A DNA stretch of 64,000 nt from Oceanispirochaeta sp. (lineage in GTDB: Bacteria > Spirochaetota > Spirochaetia > DSM-2461): the NCBI GenBank assembly GCA_963666275.2, contig CAXXOA010000001.1, positions 640,001 through 704,000 of the forward strand, given 5' to 3'. How positions within the stretch are numbered: the stretch's first letter is position 1; each line of letters begins with the position of its first letter. Positions 53,404 through 64,000 of the stretch are shown here, in pieces. The translations under genes were made by a program, and so were the position numbers. Under the pieces are notes generated by a model. The model was not told the DNA's origin. It was given only the letters and a program-made list of their open reading frames with translations, and did no database searches.

Positions 53404-56400
53404 ATGCTCAGAACTTTGAGATCCGGGGTAGGGAAAGCCCTGTTTATTATTCTTATCATTTCAGGTTTCTCTTCTCTCTCTTCCCAGTCCAGGGATAACA
53501 TACTGGTTCTGTTCTCCTATCATCCCGGAAATGAGTGGGAAGACTCAATCTATACTTCGCTGCTGGCAGGCCTGAAAGAGAAGGTCCCCGGATCGGATCT
53601 GTATGTGGAATATATGGATACCAAGAGGTTCTCCCCGGAAGAGCGGTTTCCCCTTATTTCCTACCGGCTGGGCAATATGAACCGGGAAGATCTTTCTCTC
53701 ATTATTACAGTTGACGACAATGCTCTGAATTTTATGCTTGAGAACCGGGATGCCCTGTTTCCCGATGTTCCTGTGGTCTTCTGCGGAGTGAACAGATCCG
53801 ATGCGATCAGATCCGGTCTGCCCGCTAATTATACTGGTGTGGTCAGCAGCTTAAATCTGGAATTCACTTTACAGTTCGCAAAGGATCTTCTCCCGGAGGT
53901 CTCCACCTACTATTTTATTGCAGACAGCACCGTGACAGGCAGGGCGGAGAGGGATTTCATACAGGAGCAGATCAGCAGTCTGCCCACTGCCTTCAGTTCT
54001 CTGGATTTCGGTTTTGTTCCTTCGGATATTACTACGGAGGAACTCCTTGTCTGGACAGAGTCTCTCCCCTCCGGTTCGGCTCTGGTTCTGACCAACTGGC
54101 ACAGGGATGTCAATGGTGAGTATATAAGCAAAAGGAGCTTTGTAGAAAAGCTTCAGAAGCATACAGCCGTCCCGGTGTTCAACATCCATCAGATGCTACC
54201 GGGGGTTCTCGGGGGAAATGTCAATACAGGACGCTCTCAGGCTGAAGCGGTCATAGACATGGCTTTTCAGATTCTCGACGGCAGGGAGGCATCTCTCATC
54301 CCTGTACAGTCTCTGGAGGGGGGGCAGTACTATGTTGATCATGACAGAGTCCGTTTCTGGAAGCTCCGTACTTCTCACCTTCCCTATGAAACGGAGGTTC
54401 TTAATCCGTCCTTTCTCTACAGGTATAAAACTATTGTCCTTGTCGTTCTGGTCGTTTTTCTGTTTCTCCTCCTCTTTGTATTTCTACTGGGGGGGCTCAT
54501 ATTGAGACTGAGAAAAACAGGAAGCGATCTGGCCCTCCAGAAGAATGAACTTTTTACCACTCTGAGTTCCATAGGGGACGGGGTCATCTCTACAGACAGG
54601 ATCGGAAACATAACATTCATCAACCCTGTGGCCGAAAAGATGACAGGCTGGTCTTTGGAGGACGCCCGGGGCCGAGAACTGAAGGACGTTTTCAGAATTG
54701 TCAATATGTACAGCCGCAAAGCCGTGTCCAATCCGGTTCAGAAAGTTCTCCTTTCGGGAAAAACAGTGGAACTCGCCAATCATACAGTCCTTATCAGCCG
54801 GGATGGTGTTGAATATCATATCGCCGACAGCGCCGCTCCGATCAGAGAGAACGGAAGTGAGCAGATAATGGGGGTTGTTCTTGTTTTCAGGGATGTGTCT
54901 GAAGCCTACAGGATGAAAAAAATCCTCAGTGACGAACAGCGGAGGCTGGATGATGCCCAGGCTATGGCCATGGTTGCCAACTGGGAGTACTATCCTGATA
55001 CGAACCGCTACTGGTTCTCCAACGAAGTCTATACCCTGTTCGGTCTGAACTTCAAAGACGAGAAAGAGTACCTCAATCTGGAGTTTATGAAGGAGATCTT
55101 TCCCGGATGGAATCCGGAGGATCCTCTGCCCTTCGGGCGGGGAGGAGAGAGACACAGCGGGATGATCCGGTTTCAGAAAAATGATGAGACAAGAATGGCT
55201 TTTATTCATGTTTCGGCCAGGATGATCATACTGCCGGAGAGCCGGAAACAGATCGTCACAGGAATTGTCCAGGATGTTTCCGAACTCTTCCATGCCCGGG
55301 AGGCTTTGAAAGCCAGCCGGGAGCAGCTCAGGCAGGCCGCCAGAATGGAAGCCGTGGGGAAACTGGCAGGAGGCATTGCCCACGAGTTCAACAACCTCCT
55401 TCAGGTGATCATGGGCTATTCCCAGCTGATGAAGGAAGAGTACACCGACGACCGGGCCCGAACACTGATTAATCCCATCCTGCATACCGCAGGCAGTGCA
55501 AGAAACCTGACCAAGCAGCTTCTGCTGTTCAGCAGAAAAGAGACATCCATTAAAAGTTTCCTCTCCCTGTCGGAGCTTATGAAAAGTCTCTTTCCCATCC
55601 TGACCCGCCTTCTGGATGCGGAGATCTCTCTGGAGTCGGATCTGGAGGGAAAGGATGATACCATTTTCGGAGACAGACAGCAGATTGAGCAGATCATTAT
55701 GAATCTCAGCCTCAATGCCAGGGATGCCATGGACGGTAAAGGTGTTCTGAAAATATCCCAGGATCTTTTTCACAGCTCCTCTTTCCTCCAGAGTCTGGAG
55801 GGCGAGATACCGCCGGGAGACTATGTCCATCTCACCGTTCAGGATACGGGGCACGGGATCCCCGAGAATATACTGCCTGAAATCTTTGATCCCTTTTTCA
55901 CAACCAAAGAGATGGACAAGGGGACAGGTCTGGGGCTTTCCATTGTTTACGGTATTATCAAGCAGCATGACGGTTATATCAGGATCGAAACAGAAGCCTC
56001 CCGGGGAACTGTATTTCATATCTACTTTCCCCAGTCCCGGGAACTGCCGAAGGACACCTCTGACTCTCTCAATTATCATACGGAAGAGAAGTCCTTTGAA
56101 GGCACTGTCTACCTGGCCGAGGATGACCCCATGGTCCGGGAACTGGTGGAAACCCTGATTCAGGATATGGGATACAGGATCAGGAGTTTTGTTAACGGCA
56201 GAGAGCTGGTGGAGCATCTTGACTATTTCAACTCCTCCAAAGCCGATGTGGATCTGTTCCTTCTGGATGTGGTTATGCCTGAAATGGGAGGAGAAGAGGT
56301 CTACAGAAAAATCCGTGAGTATGGCTACGAACAGCCTATACTGTTTGCCAGCGGCTATACCAGAGAACGGCTGGGAGATCTCAGCAAACTGGAAAACTCC

Positions 56401-56469
56401 CGGTTAATCCACAAACCCTTTTCAAAAAAGGAACTGTCCCAGCATATCCGGGAAATGATTGCCGGTTAA
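53404..56469 (+). CDS. Hybrid sensor kinase (ABC-type sensor-PAS-HK-REC)
   Basis: [50 protein letters not shown]. Confidence 0.93.
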   Translation: MLRTLRSGVGKALFIILIISGFSSLSSQSRDNILVLFSYHPGNEWEDSIYTSLLAGLKEKVPGSDLYVEYMDTKRFSPEERFPLISYRLGNMNREDLSLIITVDDNALNFMLENRDALFPDVPVVFCGVNRSDAIRSGLPANYTGVVSSLNLEFTLQFAKDLLPEVSTYYFIADSTVTGRAERDFIQEQISSLPTAFSSLDFGFVPSDITTEELLVWTESLPSGSALVLTNWHRDVNGEYISKRSFVEKLQKHTAVPVFNIHQMLPGVLGGNVNTGRSQAEAVIDMAFQILDGREASLIPVQSLEGGQYYVDHDRVRFWKLRTSHLPYETEVLNPSFLYRYKTIVLVVLVVFLFLLLFVFLLGGLILRLRKTGSDLALQKNELFTTLSSIGDGVISTDRIGNITFINPVAEKMTGWSLEDARGRELKDVFRIVNMYSRKAVSNPVQKVLLSGKTVELANHTVLISRDGVEYHIADSAAPIRENGSEQIMGVVLVFRDVSEAYRMKKILSDEQRRLDDAQAMAMVANWEYYPDTNRYWFSNEVYTLFGLNFKDEKEYLNLEFMKEIFPGWNPEDPLPFGRGGERHSGMIRFQKNDETRMAFIHVSARMIILPESRKQIVTGIVQDVSELFHAREALKASREQLRQAARMEAVGKLAGGIAHEFNNLLQVIMGYSQLMKEEYTDDRARTLINPILHTAGSARNLTKQLLLFSRKETSIKSFLSLSELMKSLFPILTRLLDAEISLESDLEGKDDTIFGDRQQIEQIIMNLSLNARDAMDGKGVLKISQDLFHSSSFLQSLEGEIPPGDYVHLTVQDTGHGIPENILPEIFDPFFTTKEMDKGTGLGLSIVYGIIKQHDGYIRIETEASRGTVFHIYFPQSRELPKDTSDSLNYHTEEKSFEGTVYLAEDDPMVRELVETLIQDMGYRIRSFVNGRELVEHLDYFNSSKADVDLFLLDVVMPEMGGEEVYRKIREYGYEQPILFASGYTRERLGDLSKLENSRLIHKPFSKKELSQHIREMIAG

Positions 56470-56552
56470 TCCCGCCGGTTCCGGGACCAAGGCTTGTCAT
56501 CTCTTCCGGGGTTGTTTAGAATAACCTTCAATTTTATGGAGGAGGATCCAAT

Positions 56553-56675
56553 ATGAGTAATCCTGATTGTCCCTGTACCAACAGGACATGTCCCCGTAAC
56601 CGCAACTGTGATGCCTGTCGTGAGTTTCACCACTCTCAGGGACAGAAAACAGCCTGCGAGAAGAAGAATTCCTGA
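56553..56675 (+). CDS. 40-aa Cys/His-rich small protein (not in ORF track)
   Basis: GGAGGAGG RBS; MSNPDCPCTNRTCPRNRNCDACREFHHSQGQKTACEKKNS; TGA overlaps the rlmB ATG. Confidence 0.75.
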   Translation: MSNPDCPCTNRTCPRNRNCDACREFHHSQGQKTACEKKNS

Positions 56676-57412
56676 TGGCAAGCAATATAACGTCCTTCCA
56701 TGGAATCGAAGAATCTCTGAAAAAGAAACCCGCCGGTGCTGTCCTTTATGTGGGTAAGTCCAATAAAAGGGTCGAGGCCTTAGTCAAACTGGCGGAGGAA
56801 AAGGGTGTTTGCGTCAAAAATATATCCTCACAGGAACTGGAGAGGATGTGCGGCAAAGGCCAGTCCAAGGGGGCTCTCCTGACGATCCCCCGCAAAGAGA
56901 GCGGTACCGGTATCCGCTACAAAGACATCAAAGATTATCTGGCCCTGAACAGCGACAATGATCAGCAGCTGGTTCTTATCCTTGACGGTATCACCGATCC
57001 CCATAATCTGGGAGCGATTCTCCGTTCGGCCGACCAGTTCTCTGTGGACCTTGTCGTACTGCCCGAGAAAAGGAGCGTCGGCATCAATGCTACAGTGGCG
57101 AAAATTTCAGTCGGAGCTCATGCCTGGGTTCCCACCCTTCAGGTCACCAATCTCTCCCGGGTTATCGAAGAACTCCAGAAAGCGGGGTATTGGGTCTATG
57201 GGGCTGACATGGGAGGCGCCACCGCAGCGCAGACAGATCTGAGGGGGAAAACCGCCCTGATCATGGGCAGCGAAGGAAGCGGCATTTCCCGCCTTGTCAG
57301 AGAAAAATGCGATACCATGGTGAGCATTCCCATGTCCGGTCACGTTGATTCTCTCAATGTCTCGGTGGCTGCGGGTATCCTAATGTATGAGGTTATCCGT
57401 CAGAGAGGCTGA
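56675..57412 (+). CDS. rlmB: 23S rRNA (Gm2251) methyltransferase, SPOUT family
   Basis: LDGITDPHNLGAILRSA, IMGSEGSG, SIPMSGHVDSLNVSVA. Confidence 0.93.
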   Translation: MASNITSFHGIEESLKKKPAGAVLYVGKSNKRVEALVKLAEEKGVCVKNISSQELERMCGKGQSKGALLTIPRKESGTGIRYKDIKDYLALNSDNDQQLVLILDGITDPHNLGAILRSADQFSVDLVVLPEKRSVGINATVAKISVGAHAWVPTLQVTNLSRVIEELQKAGYWVYGADMGGATAAQTDLRGKTALIMGSEGSGISRLVREKCDTMVSIPMSGHVDSLNVSVAAGILMYEVIRQRG

Positions 57413-58567
57413 CAGGCGTTTCATCCCTTCTTCCAGAAGAGAGCGGGGGCATCCGTAATTGAGTCTGAAAAACGGATGTCCTCCCGTTCCGAACCACCTG
57501 CCTTCAACAAGGGCAATTTTACCGATTTTGAGAAACCGCTCTTCCAGCTCTTCTACGGAATACCCCGAATCCCTGAAGTCTATCCAGCCTATGAATCCCG
57601 CCTGGGGATGCATCATTCTGATGGCAGGATGGTTCTTCTGCAGATAGGTTTCAATGTATTTTACATTTTCCGAAAGATAGTCTGTCAGTTTTCCGAGCCA
57701 TTCCATCCCCTCTTTGTAGGCGCCTTCTCCCATGCTCAGAGCCAGGGCGGATCCTTCATTCATGTTCAGACGGGCCAGTTCATTCTTCATAAGCAGCCGT
57801 TTCTCCCTGTTCTCAATCACAGAGACAGAGAGCTTTTCTCCGGCGATATTGAAGGTTTTCGACGGGGCCATACAGGTCATGGACTGCTCCGCCGTCTCCG
57901 GGGAAAGGGAGGAGTAGGGGATATGCCGGATAGAAGAATCCAGTACCAGATCGCAGTGAATCTCATCGGAGATCACAAAAACACCGTGAGCCCGGCAGAT
58001 CCGGTCCACCTTTTCCAGTTCCGTTCTGGTCCAGACCCGGCCGCCCGGGTTATGGGGGCTGCATAAAAGGAGCAGAGTCGTTTCCTTTCGGGAGGCTTTT
58101 TCTTCCAGATCGGCAAAGTCCATGGTATAGACTGTCCCGTCGTAGACAAGCTCATTCACCAGAGGAACCCTGTTGTTCCTTTCTATGATTCTGCGGAAGG
58201 GCTGATACACAGGTTCCTGCAGAATGACGCCCTCTCCGGGACGGGAGAACAGAGAGACCCCCAGGCTCATGGAAGAGACAATACCCGGAATGAATATGGT
58301 CTGGGAAAGGGACACGTCCCAGGAGTGCTTCTCTTTTGTCCACTTTTTCCAGGCCTTGAGAAAGGGGCTGTTTGAAGCGGGATAGCCGTAGATCCGGTGG
58401 TCCGCTTTTTCGTGGAGGATTCTGCTTACCGCAGGCGGCGAGGGGAGATCCATATCGGCTACCCAGAAGGGGAGAAGGTCCGAATGGCCGAACCTGTGTT
58501 TCAGGACAGATTCGTCCCATTTGGCGGCATTGCTGTTCCGGCGTTCTATCAGTTTGTTAAAATCCAT
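57380..58567 (-). CDS. MalY/PatB family PLP-dependent C-S lyase
   Basis: KWD, WVADMD, CSPHNPGG, SDEIH, APSKTFN. Confidence 0.92.
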   Translation of the reverse strand: MDFNKLIERRNSNAAKWDESVLKHRFGHSDLLPFWVADMDLPSPPAVSRILHEKADHRIYGYPASNSPFLKAWKKWTKEKHSWDVSLSQTIFIPGIVSSMSLGVSLFSRPGEGVILQEPVYQPFRRIIERNNRVPLVNELVYDGTVYTMDFADLEEKASRKETTLLLLCSPHNPGGRVWTRTELEKVDRICRAHGVFVISDEIHCDLVLDSSIRHIPYSSLSPETAEQSMTCMAPSKTFNIAGEKLSVSVIENREKRLLMKNELARLNMNEGSALALSMGEGAYKEGMEWLGKLTDYLSENVKYIETYLQKNHPAIRMMHPQAGFIGWIDFRDSGYSVEELEERFLKIGKIALVEGRWFGTGGHPFFRLNYGCPRSLLEEGMKRLSASLTDNLIH

Positions 58568-58582
58568 AGGTCACGTCCTTTT

Positions 58583-59533
58583 TCAGAGCATTTTTTCTAT
58601 AAGGCTGATTCCCAGCAGTGTTGTGAAGGCTGCTCCGGCGGTTGTAAACATCACAACCAGGGCCGCCAGTTCGCCGTCATTGTCCAGCGCATCGGCCATC
58701 ACATGACTTGAAACGGCGGTGGGAGCTCCCAGAAGCAGAAAGATCATTCCCAGCTCATCACCCCTGTAACCGATAAGGTAAAACACAATCACACCGGCCA
58801 CGGGCATAATCACAAGTTTAAGCACCGTCGGCAGAAGGGCCAGCCGACCTTTCTCCCTGATACCCCGGGCCGTCAGGGAACCGCCGATTGTTATAAGCGC
58901 CAGAGGGAGGGCCAGATCGGCCAGATAGGAGAGGAATCTTTCCAGTATTGGAGGAATGGGTATCCTGAGCAGTGAGAAAAACATGGCTGCGATTACAGTC
59001 AGGATCAGAGGGTTCTTTGCAATGTTCTTCAGTGAACTTGTCAGCCCCGAGGGAGTCATCCCGTGAATGGGTAGGGTCAGGGCGATCACGCCGAGAATAT
59101 TGTAGAGAGGAAGCAGAAACGCCAGTGACATTGCCGACCGGGCCATCATCTCCTCTCCATACAGATTCAGGATCAGAGCGATACCCACAATGACAATATT
59201 TCCTCTGAAACCGCCCTGGATAATAACTCCTTTCTGTCTGTTATCTCCCAGTTTCAGAACCAGAAGGAAAGTGGCCAGATAAACGGCTATGTGAATCAGG
59301 CAGATCAGGAGGATCTCTTTTATAATAAAAACCTGGCTGAAATCCAGAGAGGCTATCTTGAGAAATGCCAGTGCCGGGATAGCCAGACGGAAGCTCATTT
59401 TTGAGGAACTCTTCAGAAAGCCTTCACCGATGATCCCTTTCTGTTTCAGAAACCATCCGCAGACCACAAGGAGAAATACAGGGAAAACGCCCTGAAATAC
59501 AAAGAAAAGTATTGCCATATCTATTTGTATCAT
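58583..59533 (-). CDS. AEC (auxin efflux carrier) family transporter
   Basis: QGGFRGN, KNPLI, LPLALITIG, APTAVSS. Confidence 0.88.
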   Translation of the reverse strand: MIQIDMAILFFVFQGVFPVFLLVVCGWFLKQKGIIGEGFLKSSSKMSFRLAIPALAFLKIASLDFSQVFIIKEILLICLIHIAVYLATFLLVLKLGDNRQKGVIIQGGFRGNIVIVGIALILNLYGEEMMARSAMSLAFLLPLYNILGVIALTLPIHGMTPSGLTSSLKNIAKNPLILTVIAAMFFSLLRIPIPPILERFLSYLADLALPLALITIGGSLTARGIREKGRLALLPTVLKLVIMPVAGVIVFYLIGYRGDELGMIFLLLGAPTAVSSHVMADALDNDGELAALVVMFTTAGAAFTTLLGISLIEKML

Positions 59534-59737
59534 TCCCGTGAGAAGTGGTAAACCCGGCGGGAAAGTAGTGTAAATTAACTATTACTGACAAAAAAGGAAG
59601 AAATGTCATTATAAAAGGCCGAGTGACCCCCTTTTTGTATGGACGTGAAGGCTCTTTTTGATTAGTATTTCTACCCAAATAACCAATTTTATTTTTTTGG
59701 GGCGGTTATCAGCTGCCCACAACATAAGGAGAGCTTC

Positions 59738-61429
59738 ATGAGTTACGATTACAGGAAGTATAAACCCTTCCCGCCAATTACATTGCCTGACCGGACATGG
59801 CCCGACAAGGTCATCACTTCTGCCCCCCAGTGGTGCAGCGTTGACCTGAGAGACGGAAATCAGGCTCTACCCGTTCCGATGAACGTGGAAGAAAAATTGG
59901 AACTATTCGAGCTACTCCTGAAAATTGGTTTTAAAGAGATTGAAATCGGATTTCCCTCGGCCTCTCAGACCGAGTTTGACTTTTTGAGAACCCTGGTGGA
60001 AAGGAATCTTATTCCCGATGATGTGACCATTCAGCTGCTGACCCAGGCCAGGGAGCATCTGATCCGGCGTTCCTTTGAGGCCATTCAGGGCTGTAAGAAT
60101 GTGATCATCCACTTCTACAACTCCACCTCAACCCTCCAGAGGGATGTGGTATTCCGGAAAGGCCAGAAGGAGATCATCGATATTGCCGTGGAAGGCGCCA
60201 GACTGATCAAGGAGATTTCAAAAGAGAATCCCGATATCAATCTGAGATACGAATACTCCCCCGAGAGTTTCACAGGCACAGAAATGGAATTTGCCAAAGA
60301 GATCTGTGAAGCCGTTATGGATGTGATGGAACCCACACCCGAAAATAAACTGATTCTGAACCTTCCCGCCACTGTGGAAGGGCATACCCCCAATATCCAT
60401 GCCGACCAGATTGAATGGTTCTGCCGGAATATCAAAAACAGGGATTCCGTTATGATCTCCCTGCATGCCCACAATGACAGAGGTACAGGCATCGCCGCTA
60501 CGGAACTGGCTCTTATGGCCGGTGCCGACCGCGTGGAAGGAACTCTATTCGGCAACGGTGAGAGAACGGGTAACACGGATCTTATGAATGTGGCCATGAA
60601 TATGTACTCCCAGGGCGTGGATCCTCTGCTGGATTTCTCCCGGATGGATAAAATTGTACAGATCTACGAAAGATGCACCCGGATGGATGTTCATCCCCGC
60701 CACCCCTACGCGGGTGAGCTTGTGTTCACAGCCTTTTCCGGTTCCCATCAGGACGCTATCAAAAAAGGTCTGGACCGGTACAATACAGAGAAGCCCTACT
60801 ATTGGGAAATCCCCTATCTGCCCATCGATCCTTCCGATCTCAATCGGGAGTACGAGGCGATTATCAGAATCAACAGCCAGTCCGGAAAGGGCGGTGTGGC
60901 CTTTATTCTGGACTCCCAGTACGGTTACAAACTGCCCAAGGCCATGCATCCCGAGTTCAGCGGCGTGATCCAGAAAATCACCGACGATACGGGTAAAGAG
61001 CTGAAAGGCGAGGAGATCTATGAGGTCTTCTCACGGGAGTACCTGGATGACTCGGGTCCCTATTCGCTGGTGGACTATGAGATCCATGCCAAGCTGGACT
61101 CGAAGAAAACCGAGGGAAGCAAACACGATGTGGGGATCAAGTGCGCTCTGGACTATCATGGGGAAACTCTGGAACTCGAAGGCCATGGGAACGGACCGAT
61201 CGATGCGTTCTTCCATGCCCTTCAGGGAAGCAATGCTCCCAAAGTGAACTTCCTCTCCTACGATGAGCATGCCCTCAGTGAGGGAGCGGATTCTCAGGCG
61301 GTCTGCTACATCGGTGTTTCCGATTCCAAGGGAAGACCCTTTTTCGGAGTCGGCGTGGATTCCAGTATCAATGCGGCCTCCCTTAAAGCGCTGCTTTGTG
61401 CTATAAACAGAATAGAGAAAAGATCTTAA
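59738..61429 (+). CDS. leuA: 2-isopropylmalate synthase (yeast/actinobacterial type)
   Basis: SVDLRDGNQAL, EYSPESF, SLHAHNDRG, GNGERTGN, RINSQSGKGG. Confidence 0.96.
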   Translation: MSYDYRKYKPFPPITLPDRTWPDKVITSAPQWCSVDLRDGNQALPVPMNVEEKLELFELLLKIGFKEIEIGFPSASQTEFDFLRTLVERNLIPDDVTIQLLTQAREHLIRRSFEAIQGCKNVIIHFYNSTSTLQRDVVFRKGQKEIIDIAVEGARLIKEISKENPDINLRYEYSPESFTGTEMEFAKEICEAVMDVMEPTPENKLILNLPATVEGHTPNIHADQIEWFCRNIKNRDSVMISLHAHNDRGTGIAATELALMAGADRVEGTLFGNGERTGNTDLMNVAMNMYSQGVDPLLDFSRMDKIVQIYERCTRMDVHPRHPYAGELVFTAFSGSHQDAIKKGLDRYNTEKPYYWEIPYLPIDPSDLNREYEAIIRINSQSGKGGVAFILDSQYGYKLPKAMHPEFSGVIQKITDDTGKELKGEEIYEVFSREYLDDSGPYSLVDYEIHAKLDSKKTEGSKHDVGIKCALDYHGETLELEGHGNGPIDAFFHALQGSNAPKVNFLSYDEHALSEGADSQAVCYIGVSDSKGRPFFGVGVDSSINAASLKALLCAINRIEKRS

Positions 61430-61436
61430 AACATCC

Positions 61437-61579
61437 CCCTTCGGCTCCGCTCAGGGACCGGAGGGAACAATACAAACCTGACATTCCTTCCTTCACCCTA
61501 CGGGAGAGGGGCAGGGGGTGAGGGAAAAAAACACTCACATTTCTCCCCTCGCCCTCTGGGAGAGGGGCCGGGGATGAGG
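61437..61579. repeat. Cluster of REP-like elements in the leuA-leuB spacer
   Basis: CCCTTCGGCTCCGCTCAGGG plus two tandem CC(C/T)TC.CCC...GGGAGAGGGGC.GG..TGAGGG units. Confidence 0.75.
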
Positions 61580-61624
61580 GTTGGTGAAGGAGAGGTCTTG
61601 TACATTATACGTAAGGAGAACACT

Positions 61625-62686
61625 ATGTCATATAAAGTAGCTGTCCTTCCCGGAGACGGGATCGGACCTGAAGTGATGGATGCAGCACTGGAAGTGCTGG
61701 AAGCGGTAGAAAAAAAATTCGGCTTCAAACTGGAAATTGAAAAAGGTCTGATCGGCGGATGTGCTTATGACGCCACGGGAGATCCCCTGCCAGAAGAGAC
61801 CAGAAAAATCTGTCTGGAATCGGATGCGGTTCTTCTGGGAAGCATCGGCGGCCCCAAATGGGACGGCCTTCCTCCCGAAAAAACTCCCGAGCTGGGAGGT
61901 CTTCTGGCTCTGCGGAAAATGCTCAAACTCTACGCCAACCTGCGCCCCGCGGTAATCTACGAAGAGCTGAAGGGGATGTCACCCCTTTCTGAAAAGGTCC
62001 TTACCGATAAAGTGGACCTGCTGACCGTAAGAGAGCTGGCCCACGGCATCTATTTCGGCGAACCCAAGGAACTGACCGACGAGATCGGTCTGGATACCAT
62101 GGTTTACACAGCCGAACAGGTGGAGAGGATCGCCCGTCAGGGATTCGAAGCCGCCCAGAAACGGGGCAAAAAACTCTGTTCCGTGGACAAGGCCAATGTC
62201 CTCTCCAGTTCCAAACTCTGGAGAAAGGTTGTCAACAAAGTGGCCGCCGACTATCCCGATGTGGAATTGACCCATATGTACGTGGATAACGCAGCCATGC
62301 AGCTCATGCTGAACCCCCTGCAGTTTGACGTTATCGTCACTTCAAACCTCTTCGGAGATATTCTGTCCGATGAATCTGCAGCCATCTGCGGTTCCCTGGG
62401 AATGCTGCCCTCCGCCTCACTGGGCGAAAAAATAAGCCTTTTTGAACCCTCCGGAGGAAGCGCCCCGGATATCGCCGGCAAGGGCATTGCCAACCCCATC
62501 GCCCAGATCATGAGTCTGGCCATGCTGCTGGAGTACTCCTTTGATATGTCCGAACCTGCGGCGGCTATCAAAAAAGCCGTGGACCAGTGTGTTTCCGAAG
62601 GCATCCGGACCGGAGATATCCTGTCTCCCGGTATCAAGCCTGTGAATACCAAAGAGATGACCCAGGCGATTATTGCAAGACTGTAA
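61625..62686 (+). CDS. leuB: 3-isopropylmalate dehydrogenase
   Basis: [50 protein letters not shown] before ATG 61625. Confidence 0.96.
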   Translation: MSYKVAVLPGDGIGPEVMDAALEVLEAVEKKFGFKLEIEKGLIGGCAYDATGDPLPEETRKICLESDAVLLGSIGGPKWDGLPPEKTPELGGLLALRKMLKLYANLRPAVIYEELKGMSPLSEKVLTDKVDLLTVRELAHGIYFGEPKELTDEIGLDTMVYTAEQVERIARQGFEAAQKRGKKLCSVDKANVLSSSKLWRKVVNKVAADYPDVELTHMYVDNAAMQLMLNPLQFDVIVTSNLFGDILSDESAAICGSLGMLPSASLGEKISLFEPSGGSAPDIAGKGIANPIAQIMSLAMLLEYSFDMSEPAAAIKKAVDQCVSEGIRTGDILSPGIKPVNTKEMTQAIIARL

Positions 62687-62702
62687 GCGTCTGTTTCACC
62701 CC

Positions 62703-62777
62703 CGGCTCCCCGGACACAAACTTCGTTTGTTGCTCAGGCATGCAGCCGGCCTCTCTCTGAGGGATAAGGGTGAGAGG
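62703..62777. repeat. REP-like element, inverted relative of 37722-37807
   Basis: CACAAACTTCGTTTGTTGCTCAGGCA 26-bp perfect match plus CCGGCCTCTC. Confidence 0.75.
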
Positions 62778-62789
62778 TTTTAAATAGAA

Positions 62790-64000
62790 GGGGGCTGTTG
62801 CAAAAGTCTGAAAAGACTTTAGTAGCAGCCTTTTTCTTTTTTGAATGAATCGAACAAAGCATTTAGACTGCAAAAAGGGGCCGCAAAGCGACCCCAGCGT
62901 GCTACAATTTGTTTAACCACAAACAAATAAAAAGGAGCACGTGGTGAATCTTACAGCATTTTCCCAACATAGACAATTATTTCTTGATTTAAACATCTCA
63001 ATCCCCTTTGAAGTAACAGAACATGAAGCAGCACTTATGATTCTGTTGCAAAACCTAGATTACAGCCAGTTTGAACAACCAAAGCAGAAATCAGGACGTC
63101 CACGAGCTGTCAATTCATACACAATGATGCTGATTCTTCTGTATGCCAGGATTCATGGCAGGTTTAGTTCGCGAGATGTAGAACGTTTATGCAAACGAGA
63201 CCTTTTCCTTTTGCAAATCTTAGGTAATCAGAAAGTCCCAGACCATACGACGTTTGACCGTTTTGTTCATACCCATGAGAAAGCCATTGATGAACTATTT
63301 TTTCAGATAGTCGTTCGTCTGGATGCATTGGGAGAGCTTAAGAAAGATGTTGTCTATCAAGATGGCACTAAAATAGAGTCAAAAGCTGGTCGATATAGTT
63401 TTGTCTGGAAGAAAGCGACTAAAAAGAATCTGGAGAAACTCCATAACCATATCCGGAATTTGATTACTGAAGTTAATGATATTTTCTCCTGGCACTTGGA
63501 TCCAGGAGATTATCACACCTCATTGAAAATCCTCATAGAGAAGCTTGTTGCAACAGGAGAGCCTCTTTTCCCGAAGACAACAGGTCGAGGCCACCGAATC
63601 ACGAGAGTTCAGAAATTCTATCGAGATGCTCTTGTTTTCCTGGAGAAACTGGAAAAGTACAATGAATACCTGACTGCCATGAAGGGTAGGAACAGCATGA
63701 GTAAAACTGATCCTGATGCCACGTTTATGCGAATGAAAGAGGACTATATGAGGAACGGGCAGCTGAAACCAGCTTACAACCTTCAAGTACTAGTTGATAG
63801 CGGATATGTTGTCGGAGCTCACGCCAGTGACGATCGCACTGACTATGTAACCATGTGTCCTGCACTGGATCATATGCATGAACATCTGCCCTGGACATAT
63901 TCAAAATACTGTGCGGACAGCGGATACGACTGTCAACAAAACTATGAGGCTCTGGAAAAACAGAATATAGAGGCTTTCATCAAGCCCCAGTTACACGAGC
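62790..64000 (+). mobile_element. IS1182 family element (partial)
   Basis: Palindromic left end GGGGCTGTTGCAAAAGTC...GACTTTAGTAGCAGCC followed by a transposase; left boundary approximate. Confidence 0.8.
62941..64000 (+). CDS. IS1182 family transposase (runs off window)
   Basis: AAGGAG RBS and GTG start; GRP, SSRDVE, PDHTTFDRF, DGTKIE, SKTDPDATFMRMKED, LKPAYN, ADSGY. Confidence 0.92.
   Translation, partial: MVNLTAFSQHRQLFLDLNISIPFEVTEHEAALMILLQNLDYSQFEQPKQKSGRPRAVNSYTMMLILLYARIHGRFSSRDVERLCKRDLFLLQILGNQKVPDHTTFDRFVHTHEKAIDELFFQIVVRLDALGELKKDVVYQDGTKIESKAGRYSFVWKKATKKNLEKLHNHIRNLITEVNDIFSWHLDPGDYHTSLKILIEKLVATGEPLFPKTTGRGHRITRVQKFYRDALVFLEKLEKYNEYLTAMKGRNSMSKTDPDATFMRMKEDYMRNGQLKPAYNLQVLVDSGYVVGAHASDDRTDYVTMCPALDHMHEHLPWTYSKYCADSGYDCQQNYEALEKQNIEAFIKPQLHE

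Noticed and set aside
54484..56217. 577-aa antisense ORF (also 52295-53320, 42460-43500, 33640-34548, 19202-19984)
   Set aside because: Each lies wholly opposite a well-supported gene and has no motifs; these are shadow ORFs
59658..59741. Leucine attenuator or Ile-rich uORF overlapping the leuA start
   Set aside because: TTG start with weak RBS, no Leu run, and no clear terminator/antiterminator pair or T-box
61574..61624. N-terminal extension of LeuB in the ORF track
   Set aside because: It derives from the REP-like element; the RBS supports ATG 61625

Overview
Bacterial chromosomal window, probably from a free-living spirochaete (Spirochaetaceae-like; inferred from the RecQ, MCP and ABC-sensor hybrid kinase types, not proven). 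It has two parts. (1) About 1-27 kb is an AT-richer accessory region of detox and stress modules: a YqhC-like AraC regulator with MATE, aldo/keto reductases and flavodoxins; an RND pump with a two-component system, Omp85-like protein, SDR and PlpD-like patatin; a nitroreductase; MarR-MATE; and an orphan proB. It also holds an intact IS3, an IS3 remnant and an IS66 inserted into a truncated recQ. The modules are separated by six same-orientation copies of an unannotated 40-150 bp repeat with an inverted-repeat/8-bp-spacer core. The last copy is fused to the recQ breakpoint, which suggests an undescribed cassette-accretion or recombination system; no recombinase is visible in the window. (2) About 27-64 kb is more GC-rich backbone: an MCP, a divergent flavocytochrome-c-like lipoprotein with an embedded flavinylation motif, a frameshifted AraC, a B12 radical SAM, HD, GNAT, MFS, moaE, PHP, aroK, panE, tctCBA, four sensor kinases, an unannotated 40-aa Cys-rich gene coupled to rlmB, MalY/PatB, an AEC transporter, leuA-leuB and a partial IS1182. 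No rRNA, tRNA or CRISPR array was recognised. All calls are by-eye motif recognition; no database searches were run.
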